A stretch of 64,000 bases of DNA from Candidatus Levyibacteriota bacterium (GCA_018061075.1 JAGOUW010000001.1:167105-231104); one strand, 5' to 3'; positions 20,452 to 29,963 are shown, counted from the stretch's first letter. A program made the numbers and translations. Notes: generated by a model not told the origin, from the sequence alone.

Positions 20452-21909
20452 TTGGTGAAAGCTTTCATTAAAAGTCTAAAGAAAAATAAAGAAATTTGGC
20501 TTGCAATTGGAATATGTTTTTCATTCTTTATTGCCTACCTGACGCTTGGTTTAGTTAAGCATTCCCACTTCCTTACAGGTTATGATCTTTCGCTTGTTAA
20601 TCAAGTAACTTGGGAATATAGCCGTTTTATTTCTCCTGTCATGACCGGACATGCATACGCTTTTATGCCCGCATTTTACGATCACATTGAATTTATTTAC
20701 TTACTCTTGTCTCCTTTTTATTGGATTTTACCTGACGCTAGAACGTTGATAATTCTCCAGGCATCAGTAGTTGCAGTTTCTGGATATTTTATCTTTTTAC
20801 TGGCAAAAAAACATAAAATTAATTTATTTGTTTCTCTGTCACTCATGTTTGCCTACTTCACATTTTATGGTGTTCAATTTGCGCTTTGGTCAGACGTTCA
20901 TAGTCTTGTTTTTGGCGCAAGTTTTTTAGCGATATTTATTTACTTTCTAGATACAAATAGAAATAAATTGGCATTTCTATTTTTTCTGCTTGCTATAACC
21001 AGCAAGGAAGATATTGGCTTTATAACTTTATTTATTTCCTTTGTTTATCTTCTGTTATCTAAAAGAAAAATTAATTTACTGTTTATGTTAATTTCCGCTG
21101 CATACATTTTTATAATATTTTTTATTTATTATCCAAATTTTACATGGGGCTATACATATGCTGGGGACAGCGGATTATTATCAGGAATTGATCCAAGGGA
21201 ATTTATAGATACTCCGGAAAAAAGAGATGTATTTTTCTATTCTTTTATCTCTAATGGATTTATTTCATTATTAAATCCGTTCTATCTGTTCCCATTCTTG
21301 GCAGATCTGGGCCATTATTTTGTGTTAGGTAATGAAAGAGTGACATCTGCTCAGGGGCTTTTTGGGCACTACAGATTTACCTCATCTCTTTTACTTATTT
21401 GGCCAACAATTTTAATAATCGGAAAATATAAAAAACTAAATAATAAATATCTCTCTCTTTATATATTATTTTTTGCAGCCCTCACTACATACATGCTTCA
21501 TGCGCCATTAACTTATTTAACAAAAAGTTGGTTTTGGACAACTCCCTCTGGAGTTAAGAATATTAATCAGGCGATTGAGGCTTTGCCAAAAGATGCATAT
21601 GTTGTGACGCAGGTAAATATTTCTCCACACATTTCTAACCGAAAATTAATTGTGACGATGTGGGGAGAGGGAAAAGATTTTAGTAAAAACTCTCCATGCC
21701 GAGAGCCTAGCTGTAAGTGGTTTAAGTGGGCAGGTGAACCGCAGTATATGATTGTCGACACATCTCCTGAATGGAATATAATTAACCTTTTAGCAACTCG
21801 AGAAGATTTTATTGATGGACTAAATAATATGGAAAAAACGGGCACTATTAAGATATATAAAGAATTTGGTTCAGCAAAGATTTACACAGTTGAAAAGCGT
21901 CCATTTTAG
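20452..21909 (+). CDS. Polytopic membrane protein, DUF2079-like (putative glycan-processing/GT-C-like)
   Basis: 485 aa with about 10 TM helices and a soluble C-terminal domain. The N-terminal FLTGYDLSLVNQVTWEY resembles DUF2079 proteins. TTG/GTG start. Confidence 0.5.
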   Translation: MVKAFIKSLKKNKEIWLAIGICFSFFIAYLTLGLVKHSHFLTGYDLSLVNQVTWEYSRFISPVMTGHAYAFMPAFYDHIEFIYLLLSPFYWILPDARTLIILQASVVAVSGYFIFLLAKKHKINLFVSLSLMFAYFTFYGVQFALWSDVHSLVFGASFLAIFIYFLDTNRNKLAFLFFLLAITSKEDIGFITLFISFVYLLLSKRKINLLFMLISAAYIFIIFFIYYPNFTWGYTYAGDSGLLSGIDPREFIDTPEKRDVFFYSFISNGFISLLNPFYLFPFLADLGHYFVLGNERVTSAQGLFGHYRFTSSLLLIWPTILIIGKYKKLNNKYLSLYILFFAALTTYMLHAPLTYLTKSWFWTTPSGVKNINQAIEALPKDAYVVTQVNISPHISNRKLIVTMWGEGKDFSKNSPCREPSCKWFKWAGEPQYMIVDTSPEWNIINLLATREDFIDGLNNMEKTGTIKIYKEFGSAKIYTVEKRPF

Positions 21910-21932
21910 TTTTTAAAGATTATAGTTTCATT

Positions 21933-23018
21933 ATGATTAGATTAGAAGGAGATTCAAGGGGAATATCTTCAGCGCAAATTAGACATCCCGATAGGGGAAT
22001 ATTAGCTCCTAATCACATATCAAGTCTCATTTTAATTGCGCAAGGAAATACTTATCCTGAGGTGGCAAAATTAAGAGGAGTTAGCGTTCAACAGATTAAA
22101 AATGTAGCTAATGAATTGAGAGGCAGGCTGGGTGTGTCAACTATGCCGGAGGCTATAGAAAGAGCGGCAGATTTAGGAGTTATAGATCTTAGAGCGATGG
22201 TTAGTTCAGGTTTTGACCCATCTGTATTTAGTTCTTTTGGAGAAAGTGACAGAGTGGTTATTGATGGAATTTCTAAAGGGAAACCCTATAAAGAAATTAG
22301 CGCCGAGCTAGGTGTTTCAGAGAGTATGGTAAAAAATAGAGCTGCTTCAATAGCTAAGCTTATTGGTGCAAAAGGATCATCTCATATGGCAACACATTTT
22401 TTTTTCGCAAAGCAAGTGAAAAAAGAAGAAGCTATTGTTCGGGGAGAGGACCCCTCCCGGGTAGATGTTTTTGGTCCATTGCAAGAAGTGTCCCACGCTA
22501 AGAAAGGTTTAATCGAGATAGATAAAAAGTTGTCTCCGAGAGAAAAGAGTGCGCTTGAGCTAGCTGGTAAAGGCTTCTCAGAAAAGGGTATCGGGGGTAT
22601 TTTGGGGCTTTCTAAGAATACAGTTAAGCAATATCTTGCTCACGCAAGAGCAAGGTTTGGAGTTGGTACTACAAGAGGTCTTCTCGTTGAAGCAATAAAC
22701 TTAGGAATGATAAACGTAGAGTTTGCTATTTCTCAAGGTATCGAGGCGGAGGCTTTGGGTGAATTAGATATGGCTGAAAGAAAAATTCTATCCAGCTTAA
22801 TGATAGACAAGCCAATGGTAGACTTGGTTAAGGAGCTTGGTATGTCTTATTCAGATTTTGATAAAGCTTTAATAATTGTTTTGGGGAAAATTAAAGCTTT
22901 AAATCCTGCCCAAGCAGTAGTTATGTTACTTAAGATTAAAAAAGAAGGTTATATTGAAGATGGTAAATTCGAGGGATTTACTTTTAATCATCACGTAAAG
23001 GTAAATGAGGTTGCTTAA
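21933..23018 (+). CDS. Protein made of four tandem LuxR/GerE-type HTH domains
   Basis: Four repeats of the GerE pattern, e.g. GNTYPEVAKLRGVSVQQIKNVANELRGRLGV, GKPYKEISAELGVSESMVKNRAASIAKLIG, GFSEKGIGGILGLSKNTVKQYLAHARARFGV and a degenerate fourth. No receiver or sensor domain. Confidence 0.65.
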   Translation: MIRLEGDSRGISSAQIRHPDRGILAPNHISSLILIAQGNTYPEVAKLRGVSVQQIKNVANELRGRLGVSTMPEAIERAADLGVIDLRAMVSSGFDPSVFSSFGESDRVVIDGISKGKPYKEISAELGVSESMVKNRAASIAKLIGAKGSSHMATHFFFAKQVKKEEAIVRGEDPSRVDVFGPLQEVSHAKKGLIEIDKKLSPREKSALELAGKGFSEKGIGGILGLSKNTVKQYLAHARARFGVGTTRGLLVEAINLGMINVEFAISQGIEAEALGELDMAERKILSSLMIDKPMVDLVKELGMSYSDFDKALIIVLGKIKALNPAQAVVMLLKIKKEGYIEDGKFEGFTFNHHVKVNEVA

Positions 23019-24430
23019 ATTCTTGGGAAAAGTGGTGAGGTCGATTTAATGTTTTTTTCTTTAAAAATATTCTGAATTTTTTCTGATGTTTCTGGCAAGA
23101 ATGGTGATAGTTCAAATGCAATTTGATTAATTTTTTCCACCCAATCTTGTAATAGTTCTCTAAGTTTTTCTAAGTCTTCAACTTTCCAAGGTTGTTCTTT
23201 TTCAATCTCCTGATCAATTTCAGAAATTCTTCCCCAAGCGCTATTTAAGAATTCATTAAATTTATATTCTTCAAATGATTTTTTATATTCTTCACTGATT
23301 TGAGGTTTTGAAATTTCATTGAATGTTACTTTTTCACAAAGTTTCGCAACACGGGCGACTAGATTTCCTAAGCCGTTTGCTAAATCAGAATTATATACTT
23401 CTATAAATCTTTCTTCGGTAAAATCTCCGTCATCAGTTGTCGGAATTTGGGAAAGCATATAATACCTAAATGGTTCAAGTCCATACTTATCTGCTATCTC
23501 AAAAGGATCAATAACATTTCCTAGCGATTTTGACATTTTCGCTCCGCCACTTTGTACAAATCCATGAACCAATACTGTTTTTGGTATTTTAAGTCCTGCG
23601 GACATTAGCATCGCTGGCCAATAAATAGTGTGAAATCTATTTATATCTTTTCCAATTACATGGACATCTGCCGGCCACCATTTTTCAAACATTTCCTGAT
23701 CAATTCCATATCCAATTCCAGTAATGTAAATGGCAAGTGCATCGAACCACACATACATTACCTGTGAATCATCTCCTGGTACAGGAACGCCTACTCCTTT
23801 CGCTCTTTCTTTATTTCTAGAAATACTAAAATCTTCAAGCCCTTGTTTTATGAAAGATAAAATTTCATTTCTTTTGCTAATTGGCACAATTTTAAGCTCA
23901 TTTGATTCGATCAGTTTTAATAATTTTTCTTGATAATTTGATAATTTAAAAAAATAATTTTCTTCTGTAACTTTTTCAGGAGCTTTTTGATGATCTGGGC
24001 ATTTTCCCTCCGTTAACTCCTTTTCTGTTTTAAAACTCTCGCACCCGACGCAGTAAAGACCAGTGTAAGACTTTTTATAAATGTCCCCGTTTTTGTTACA
24101 TAATTCCCAAAGTTTTTGAACACCAGGGAAATGATGCTTGGAGTCGCTCCCTCTTTCAAAAACATTGAGTTTTACACCAAGTTTTGCGTATGAATCTTCA
24201 AATACTTTCGAGTTTCTATCGAGAAGTTTTTGCGTAGGAATTCCTTCGGCTTCAGCCGTCTGGACATTTTTAAGTGCATTTTCATCGGCCCCAGAAAGAA
24301 GAAGAGTTTCTTCTCCCAGTAATTCATGATAATTGCGAATTACATCTGCTTGGAAATATTCTAATGCGTGTCCAATGTGTGGCTTTCCATTTACATAAGG
24401 GATCGCTGTTGTAATATAAAATTTGCTCAT
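23015..24430 (-). CDS. metG: Methionyl-tRNA synthetase
   Basis: YITTAIPYVNGKPHIGHALE (HIGH) and KMSKSLGN (KMSKS). Confidence 0.95.
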   Translation of the reverse strand: MSKFYITTAIPYVNGKPHIGHALEYFQADVIRNYHELLGEETLLLSGADENALKNVQTAEAEGIPTQKLLDRNSKVFEDSYAKLGVKLNVFERGSDSKHHFPGVQKLWELCNKNGDIYKKSYTGLYCVGCESFKTEKELTEGKCPDHQKAPEKVTEENYFFKLSNYQEKLLKLIESNELKIVPISKRNEILSFIKQGLEDFSISRNKERAKGVGVPVPGDDSQVMYVWFDALAIYITGIGYGIDQEMFEKWWPADVHVIGKDINRFHTIYWPAMLMSAGLKIPKTVLVHGFVQSGGAKMSKSLGNVIDPFEIADKYGLEPFRYYMLSQIPTTDDGDFTEERFIEVYNSDLANGLGNLVARVAKLCEKVTFNEISKPQISEEYKKSFEEYKFNEFLNSAWGRISEIDQEIEKEQPWKVEDLEKLRELLQDWVEKINQIAFELSPFLPETSEKIQNIFKEKNIKSTSPLFPRI

Positions 24431-24475
24431 GTTAGCTTTGATTTTAACAGAAAGGAAGCTAGTAAGTCTAATAGA

Positions 24476-24850
24476 TTACTTTTTTTTGATTAGGAAAAGT
24501 TCGATTGTAATTAGTAATGCAATTGATAGAGTTAGGAAAATCCAATGGGTTAGGCCGATTAGGCGCATTAATAGATATCCCAAGACTATTAGTGTAATTG
24601 CTACACCGTGTTGTTTTCCTATAAATATAAAAGTAGACAATGAAAAAATTAGAAGACCCAGTGTTGCGAAGAAAATTGGGAGTATTGGGATCGTAACTGC
24701 GGAAATTTGAAATTTGTGAAACGGGGAAAAGTTTACAAAAAGATAAGTGGTGATAATTGTAAGCAAGATAGCAATTAATAAATAAATATAATTGTGTCTT
24801 TTTCTGGCAATTGGTTTAAGTTTTTTTCTTGTTTTTCCTAAATTCTCCAC
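24476..24850 (-). CDS. Small polytopic membrane protein
   Basis: 124 aa, basic N-terminus, 3-4 TM helices. Confidence 0.45.
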   Translation of the reverse strand: MENLGKTRKKLKPIARKRHNYIYLLIAILLTIITTYLFVNFSPFHKFQISAVTIPILPIFFATLGLLIFSLSTFIFIGKQHGVAITLIVLGYLLMRLIGLTHWIFLTLSIALLITIELFLIKKK

Positions 24851-24878
24851 AAGAATTAGTATAACATTTAAAACCCTC

Positions 24879-24907
24879 TTGACAGGAATTAGCAGACGTG
24901 CTATATT
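24879..24907 (+). promoter_or_regulatory. Putative sigma70 promoter of the hrcA-grpE-dnaK operon
   Basis: TTGACA (24879..24884), 17 nt, TATATT (24902..24907). Confidence 0.5.
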
Positions 24908-24915
24908 ACTGCTAA
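24889..24915 (+). promoter_or_regulatory. CIRCE-like inverted repeat (candidate HrcA operator)
   Basis: TTAGCAGAC-N9-TACTGCTAA, compared with the CIRCE consensus TTAGCACTC-N9-GAGTGCTAA. The 27-nt length and the outer 7-nt arms TTAGCAG/CTGCTAA are conserved. It overlaps the promoter spacer and -10 box. Confidence 0.55.
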
Positions 24916-24945
24916 GTCCAATTTAAGACGTTAAATTGAATACTG

Positions 24946-25022
24946 CTAACATCTAACGACTAACTTCTAACGCAAATAAACGATATTGTTAGTAGTTAGA
25001 AGTCAGAAGTTATTAGTTAAAA
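24946..25022 (+). repeat. Inverted arrays of phased heptamer repeats (CTAACNN x4 / GTTAGNN-like x5) in the hrcA leader
   Basis: CTAAC at 24946, 24953, 24960 and 24967. GTTAG, GTTAG, GTCAG, GTTAT and GTTAA at 24988, 24995, 25002, 25009 and 25016. Exact 7-nt phasing, and the arms are reverse-complementary. Confidence 0.6.
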
Positions 25023-25024
25023 TT

Positions 25025-25756
25025 ATGCATGATTTGACACAGCGTCAAATAGAGATTTTAAAGTCTCTAATTGAGGAGTACATTGAAACGGCAGAACCAG
25101 TAGGCTCTGAGACTCTTGAGAAAAAACATTCTCTCTCAGCTTCGCCTGCAACAATTCGAAATGAAATGGTGAGATTAACCGATTACGGTTATCTTAAAAA
25201 GACTCACATTTCATCAGGCAGAGTTCCTACCCCAGCTGCAATGAAATTTTACGTAAAGCAGCTCATGAAGGAGAAGGATCTTTCGGTTGCAGAAGAAGTC
25301 TCGATGAAAGAGAAAGTCTGGGATATAAGAAATAAGGAGGCAGAATTTCTTAAAGAAGTAACCAGAGCGCTCGCAAATAAAACAGGAGCAATCGCAATTG
25401 CAGCAACCGATAACGGAGAATATTTTATTTCAGGTTATGCAAATTTGCTTGAGATGCCAGAGTTTTTCGATATAGACATAACGAAAACTTTGCTTTCAGC
25501 AATTGACGAGTTTGAATGTTTTAGAATTCTTTTCGCAGCAGCCGGAACTGACAGTGAAATACAGGTTCTTATGGGAGACGATCTTGGCCCAACTTTGGCA
25601 GGTCCATATGGATTTGTATTTAAAAAGTACACAACGCTGGAGCACGGTGGAGGAGAAATTGGAGTAATTGGTCCAACGAGACTTAACTACACTCAAGTTG
25701 TGCCAACCGTTAGATATTTTGGAAATTTAATAGAAGAAGTTGCAAAGGGATGGTAA
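25025..25756 (+). CDS. hrcA: Heat-inducible transcription repressor HrcA (short form)
   Basis: LTQRQIEILKSLIEEYIETAEPVGSETL...ATIRNEMVRL...GVIGPTRLNY. ATG 25025 preferred; the track start at 24986 reads through the repeat array. Confidence 0.85.
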   Translation: MHDLTQRQIEILKSLIEEYIETAEPVGSETLEKKHSLSASPATIRNEMVRLTDYGYLKKTHISSGRVPTPAAMKFYVKQLMKEKDLSVAEEVSMKEKVWDIRNKEAEFLKEVTRALANKTGAIAIAATDNGEYFISGYANLLEMPEFFDIDITKTLLSAIDEFECFRILFAAAGTDSEIQVLMGDDLGPTLAGPYGFVFKKYTTLEHGGGEIGVIGPTRLNYTQVVPTVRYFGNLIEEVAKGW

Positions 25757-26226
25757 TGATGACAAAGAAAAATGATACAGAAGAAAATTTGGATGAAGAA
25801 AGTATTGAGATAGACGTTGAAAACGATCAGTTAAAGAACCTTGAAAATCAATTAAAAAGAGCACTTGCTGATTATCAGAATCTTGAAAGAAGGATAACAG
25901 AGGAGAAAAGTGCTTGGATAATGGCAGCAAATAAAGATTTGATCTTGAAACTTTTACCAGTTTTAGATAATCTATTTCTTGCACAGAAACATATTACTGA
26001 CGCCGGTCTAGATCTTTCTATTCAGAAATTTTTAGACGCCCTTTATAATGAGGGAATGGAGCGGATCGAAACCAAAGGCAGGGATTTCGACCCACACTTG
26101 ATGGAATGTGTTTCGGTGCAAGAAGGAACAGAGGATAAAGTACTTGAAGAGGTAAGACCTGGATTTAAAATAAATGATACAGTTCTTAGACCAGCCCAAG
26201 TAATTGTAGGAGGACAAAAAAACTAA
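25750..26226 (+). CDS. grpE: Nucleotide exchange factor GrpE
   Basis: [14 protein letters not shown]..., C-terminal ...[16 protein letters not shown]. Lies between hrcA and dnaK. Confidence 0.85.
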   Translation: MVMMTKKNDTEENLDEESIEIDVENDQLKNLENQLKRALADYQNLERRITEEKSAWIMAANKDLILKLLPVLDNLFLAQKHITDAGLDLSIQKFLDALYNEGMERIETKGRDFDPHLMECVSVQEGTEDKVLEEVRPGFKINDTVLRPAQVIVGGQKN

Positions 26227-26227
26227 T

Positions 26228-28153
26228 ATGGCAAAAATAATTGGAATTGATTTAGGTACAACAAACTCATGTGTAGCCGTTATGGAAGGTGGAGCACCAA
26301 AAGTGATTCACTCTAGAGAAGGCCGCAACACTATCCCTTCAGTGGTAGACCCAGTAAGTCACGTTGTGGGAGATGTAGCAAAGCGTCAGCTCGTTCTTAA
26401 ACCAAAAAACACAATCTTTTCTATTAAAAGACTCATGGGTAAAAAGTTTAAGGATGAGAGTGTTCAATTTGATTCGAAATGGCTTCCATACACTATTAAA
26501 GAGGGAAGAGAAGGAATGGCGACAGTTGAAGTAGATGGGAAAACTTTAACTCCTCAGGAAGTTTCAGCAATGATTCTTCAGAAAATAAAGGCTGATGCGG
26601 AATCTTATTTGGGAGATAAAGTAACTCAAGCTGTGATTACGGTGCCAGCATATTTTGATGATTCTCAGCGTCAAGCTACAAAACAAGCTGGAGAAATCGC
26701 AGGCCTTGAAGTTCTAAGAATTATAAATGAGCCTACCGCAGCAGCGCTAGCTTATGGTTTGGACAAGAAAAACGCACACACAATTGCTGTTTATGATCTT
26801 GGAGGGGGAACTTTTGATATCTCAATTCTTGAACTTGGAGAAGGAGTTTATGAAGTTAAATCCACAAATGGAGATACTCATCTTGGAGGAGACGACTTTG
26901 ATCAAGCAATTATTGATTACTTAGCAGAAGAATTTAAGAAAGAGAATAATGTAGATCTTAAAAAAGATCCACAAGCTCTTCAGAGACTTAGAGAGTCAGC
27001 TGAAAAAGCTAAGATTGAATTATCAACTTCACAAGAAGCTCAAATTAATCAGCCATTCATTACTCAGGGAGAAAATGGCCCACTTCATCTTACAACTACT
27101 CTAACTCGTGCAAAATTAGAGCAAATCGTAGATCCTTTAGTTCAGAAAACTCTAAAACCAGTAGAGCAGGCTTTAAAAGACGCAAAAGTAAAAGTAACTG
27201 AGATTGATGAAATAGTTTTGGTCGGAGGAATGACCAGAATGCCAAAGATTGTCGAGACAGTAACTAAATTCTTTGGAAAAGAACCAAATAAATCGGTAAA
27301 TCCAGACGAGGTTGTAGCAGTTGGTGCTGCAGTTCAGGCTGGAGTATTAGGCGGAGAAGTTAAGGATGTGCTTCTATTAGATGTTACGCCTTTAACTCTT
27401 GGAATTGAGACTTTAGGGTCAGTTTCTACTCCTCTTATTTCAAAAAATACAACTATTCCTACTTCAAAGTCTCAGGTTTTCTCAACTGCTGCAGATAATC
27501 AAACACAGGTAGAAATTAATGTTTTGCAGGGTGAGCGCGCAATGGCAGCCGATAATAAGTCACTTGGACGTTTTATATTAGACGGAATTCCACCAGCTCC
27601 ACGAGGCGTACCACAAGTAGAAGTTACTTTTGATATCGATGCGTCTGGTATCCTAAACGTAAAAGCTCAAGATAAAGCTTCAGGAAAAGAACAAAGTATT
27701 AAAATTACAGGTTCAACAGGCTTAACTGATGAGGAAATCGATAAAATGACAAAGGATGCTGAAGCTCATGCAAAAGAAGACGAGGATAAGAAGGCTATGG
27801 TTGAGGCTAAGAATCAGGCTGATTCACTTATCTTTACTGCAGAAAAAAGTCTAAAGGACGGCGGAGATAAGGTGCCAGCTGAGCTAAAGACTGAGGTTGA
27901 GGATAAAATTAAATCTCTAAAAGATGTTTTGAATTCAGATTCTAAAGAGGAAATCGAAACAAAAACAAATGAATTGTCAGAAAGTCTTCAGAAAATTGGA
28001 CAGCAAATGAATTCTGCAGGTCAAAATCCTGAGAGTGCAACGCCAGAAGATGCTTCTAGTTCTGAAAATACTGAGGCTAACGGAGAAAATCCAAAAGAAG
28101 AAGAGAAGAAAAAAAATCCAGACGAACCAGTCGAAGGCGAAGTAGTAAATTAA
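26228..28153 (+). CDS. dnaK: Chaperone DnaK (Hsp70)
   Basis: [39 protein letters not shown]. Confidence 0.98.
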   Translation: MAKIIGIDLGTTNSCVAVMEGGAPKVIHSREGRNTIPSVVDPVSHVVGDVAKRQLVLKPKNTIFSIKRLMGKKFKDESVQFDSKWLPYTIKEGREGMATVEVDGKTLTPQEVSAMILQKIKADAESYLGDKVTQAVITVPAYFDDSQRQATKQAGEIAGLEVLRIINEPTAAALAYGLDKKNAHTIAVYDLGGGTFDISILELGEGVYEVKSTNGDTHLGGDDFDQAIIDYLAEEFKKENNVDLKKDPQALQRLRESAEKAKIELSTSQEAQINQPFITQGENGPLHLTTTLTRAKLEQIVDPLVQKTLKPVEQALKDAKVKVTEIDEIVLVGGMTRMPKIVETVTKFFGKEPNKSVNPDEVVAVGAAVQAGVLGGEVKDVLLLDVTPLTLGIETLGSVSTPLISKNTTIPTSKSQVFSTAADNQTQVEINVLQGERAMAADNKSLGRFILDGIPPAPRGVPQVEVTFDIDASGILNVKAQDKASGKEQSIKITGSTGLTDEEIDKMTKDAEAHAKEDEDKKAMVEAKNQADSLIFTAEKSLKDGGDKVPAELKTEVEDKIKSLKDVLNSDSKEEIETKTNELSESLQKIGQQMNSAGQNPESATPEDASSSENTEANGENPKEEEKKKNPDEPVEGEVVN

Positions 28154-28171
28154 CCCCTTAAACCTCTAAAA

Positions 28172-28180
28172 TGGTATAAT
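28172..28180 (+). promoter_or_regulatory. Extended -10 element (TGgTATAAT) directly upstream of glmS
   Basis: TG at 28172..28173 and TATAAT at 28175..28180, 10 nt before ATG 28191. No SD in between. Confidence 0.3.
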
Positions 28181-28190
28181 TCAACCTAAT

Positions 28191-29957
28191 ATGTGTGGAA
28201 TTTTTGGATACGTTGGTAAGAAAACAGACACCCCAAATATGATTCTTGATGGGCTCAAGCTTCTGGAATACAGGGGCTATGATTCATGGGGAATTGCTGT
28301 AAAATCTGGAGATAAAATTCAGGTAGAAAAACATGTTGGAAAAATAGGAGACGCTAAGGTAAATTTACCGGAAAGTGAGATTGGAATAGGGCATACTCGT
28401 TGGGCGACTCACGGAGGCGTAACTCAGGAAAATTCACACCCACATTTAGACTGCACGGAAAATATAGCAGTTGTGCATAACGGAATAATTGAGAATTATA
28501 AAGAAATAAAAGATGATCTTTTGAAAAAAGATCACAAATTCCACTCAGAAACTGACACTGAGATTTTCCCCCATCTTATAGAGGAGTTTATTAAATCTGA
28601 AGATTTAAATTTTACTGATGCTTTTAGAATTGCTTTTAATTCCATAAAAGGCCTTAATGCAATTGTCGCAATTAACACAAAAACAAATGAAATTGCAGCT
28701 GCAAAAACCGGTTCACCTCTCGTAGTGGGAGTAGGAGAAGACGCTTTTTATATTTCTTCAGATCCAAATGGAGTCGCAGTGCATACTGATAAAGCACTGT
28801 TTATTAAGGATCATGAAATGGTGGTTATCGGAAAAAGTCTTCAGCTTTTTTCTCTTCCGGATGGGTTAAGTGTAACGCCCGCTTTGGAAACTTTGGAAAA
28901 AGCTCTTAAAGAAGAGGGGATGGGAGAATTTCCTCACTTTATGATTAAGGAAATAACTGAGCAATCCCAAGTTTTGGAAAACATCGCAAATAATTATTCT
29001 CCTCAGATTGAGAAATTAGGGAAGAGTATAAAAAATGCATATGGAACTTATTTTATAGGTGCTGGAACTGCATATTTTGCATGTTTAATGGGAACTTATT
29101 TATTTTCAAAAATTGCAAAAATTCACGTAAATACTGCACCAGCCTCTGAATTTAACTATCTCGAAGATTTTTTAACAGAAAAAAGTCTGATTATCGCTCT
29201 GTCTCAATCCGGAGAAACAATTGATGTGGTTGAGCCACTTCAAAGAGCAAAGAAAAAAGGAAGTAAGGTAATTGCTATAACAAACGTAAAAGGGTCTTCG
29301 ATTTACAGAATGAGTGATGAGCAAATGCTTTTAGGAGCGGGTTCTGAGAGGGCTGTTGCTTCAACTAAAGTTTTCTTAGCAAAACTTGGAATTCTCCTTA
29401 TGCTTTCATACGCTATGAAAGGGGAGGTTGAGAAAGGAAAAGAATTAGTGGAAAAAGCGTCTAAAGAAATTAAAAGAATTTTAGAAGAAGATAGTTTAGA
29501 AAAAATAAAAAAAGTTGCATATTTCTTGGGTGCACATGAGCACATTTTCATAATTGGACGGGGAGCTTCATATCCAGCAGCGCTTGAGGCCGCGCTTAAA
29601 ATTCGCGAAGTGAGCTACCTTCATGCAGAAGGATTAGCCGGAGGAGAACTAAAACATGGATCAATAGCATTAATCTCTAAAGGAACTCCAGTTATAGTTT
29701 TTGCGCCAAATGATGAAACATATCAAGCTGTAATTTCAAATGCAATGGAGGTTAAGGCGAGGGGCGGAGTAATAATTGGTGTAAGCCATGAAAATAACGA
29801 TGTTTTTGATCATTTCATTGTAGTTAAAGATATTGAAGAAGGAAGTTTGATTGCTCAGATTTTACCTGCTCAGATCATAGCTTATTATTTAGCTGTAATG
29901 AAGAATTATGATCCAGATAAGCCACGAAATCTTGCAAAAAGCGTAACTGTAAAATAA
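28191..29957 (+). CDS. glmS: Glutamine--fructose-6-phosphate aminotransferase
   Basis: MCGIFGY N-terminal nucleophile, two SIS domains (SQSGETID), C-terminal KSVTVK-type end. Confidence 0.95.
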   Translation: MCGIFGYVGKKTDTPNMILDGLKLLEYRGYDSWGIAVKSGDKIQVEKHVGKIGDAKVNLPESEIGIGHTRWATHGGVTQENSHPHLDCTENIAVVHNGIIENYKEIKDDLLKKDHKFHSETDTEIFPHLIEEFIKSEDLNFTDAFRIAFNSIKGLNAIVAINTKTNEIAAAKTGSPLVVGVGEDAFYISSDPNGVAVHTDKALFIKDHEMVVIGKSLQLFSLPDGLSVTPALETLEKALKEEGMGEFPHFMIKEITEQSQVLENIANNYSPQIEKLGKSIKNAYGTYFIGAGTAYFACLMGTYLFSKIAKIHVNTAPASEFNYLEDFLTEKSLIIALSQSGETIDVVEPLQRAKKKGSKVIAITNVKGSSIYRMSDEQMLLGAGSERAVASTKVFLAKLGILLMLSYAMKGEVEKGKELVEKASKEIKRILEEDSLEKIKKVAYFLGAHEHIFIIGRGASYPAALEAALKIREVSYLHAEGLAGGELKHGSIALISKGTPVIVFAPNDETYQAVISNAMEVKARGGVIIGVSHENNDVFDHFIVVKDIEEGSLIAQILPAQIIAYYLAVMKNYDPDKPRNLAKSVTVK

Positions 29958-29963
29958 AAATTT

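Noticed and set aside
24431-24475. T-box or other leader upstream of metG
   Set aside because: The upstream spacer is only 45 nt and contains just a -10-like box, leaving no room for a T-box leader.
24988-25022. Heptad repeats read as a CtsR operator
   Set aside because: The CtsR box is (A/G)GTCAAA-NAN-(A/G)GTCAAA, with 10-nt spacing. Here the period is exactly 7 nt and the core is GTTAG, with only one GTCAGAA copy. No ctsR is present in the window.
24986-25024. N-terminal extension of hrcA proposed by the ORF track (MLVVRSQKLLVKI...)
   Set aside because: The extension is simply a translation of the GTTAGNN heptad array from a non-ATG start. The conserved HrcA N-terminus begins at ATG 25025 (MHDLTQRQIEIL).
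28154-28190. Possible glmS ribozyme/riboswitch upstream of glmS
   Set aside because: Only 37 nt separate dnaK and glmS, far too short for the roughly 170-nt ribozyme, and no conserved core is visible.
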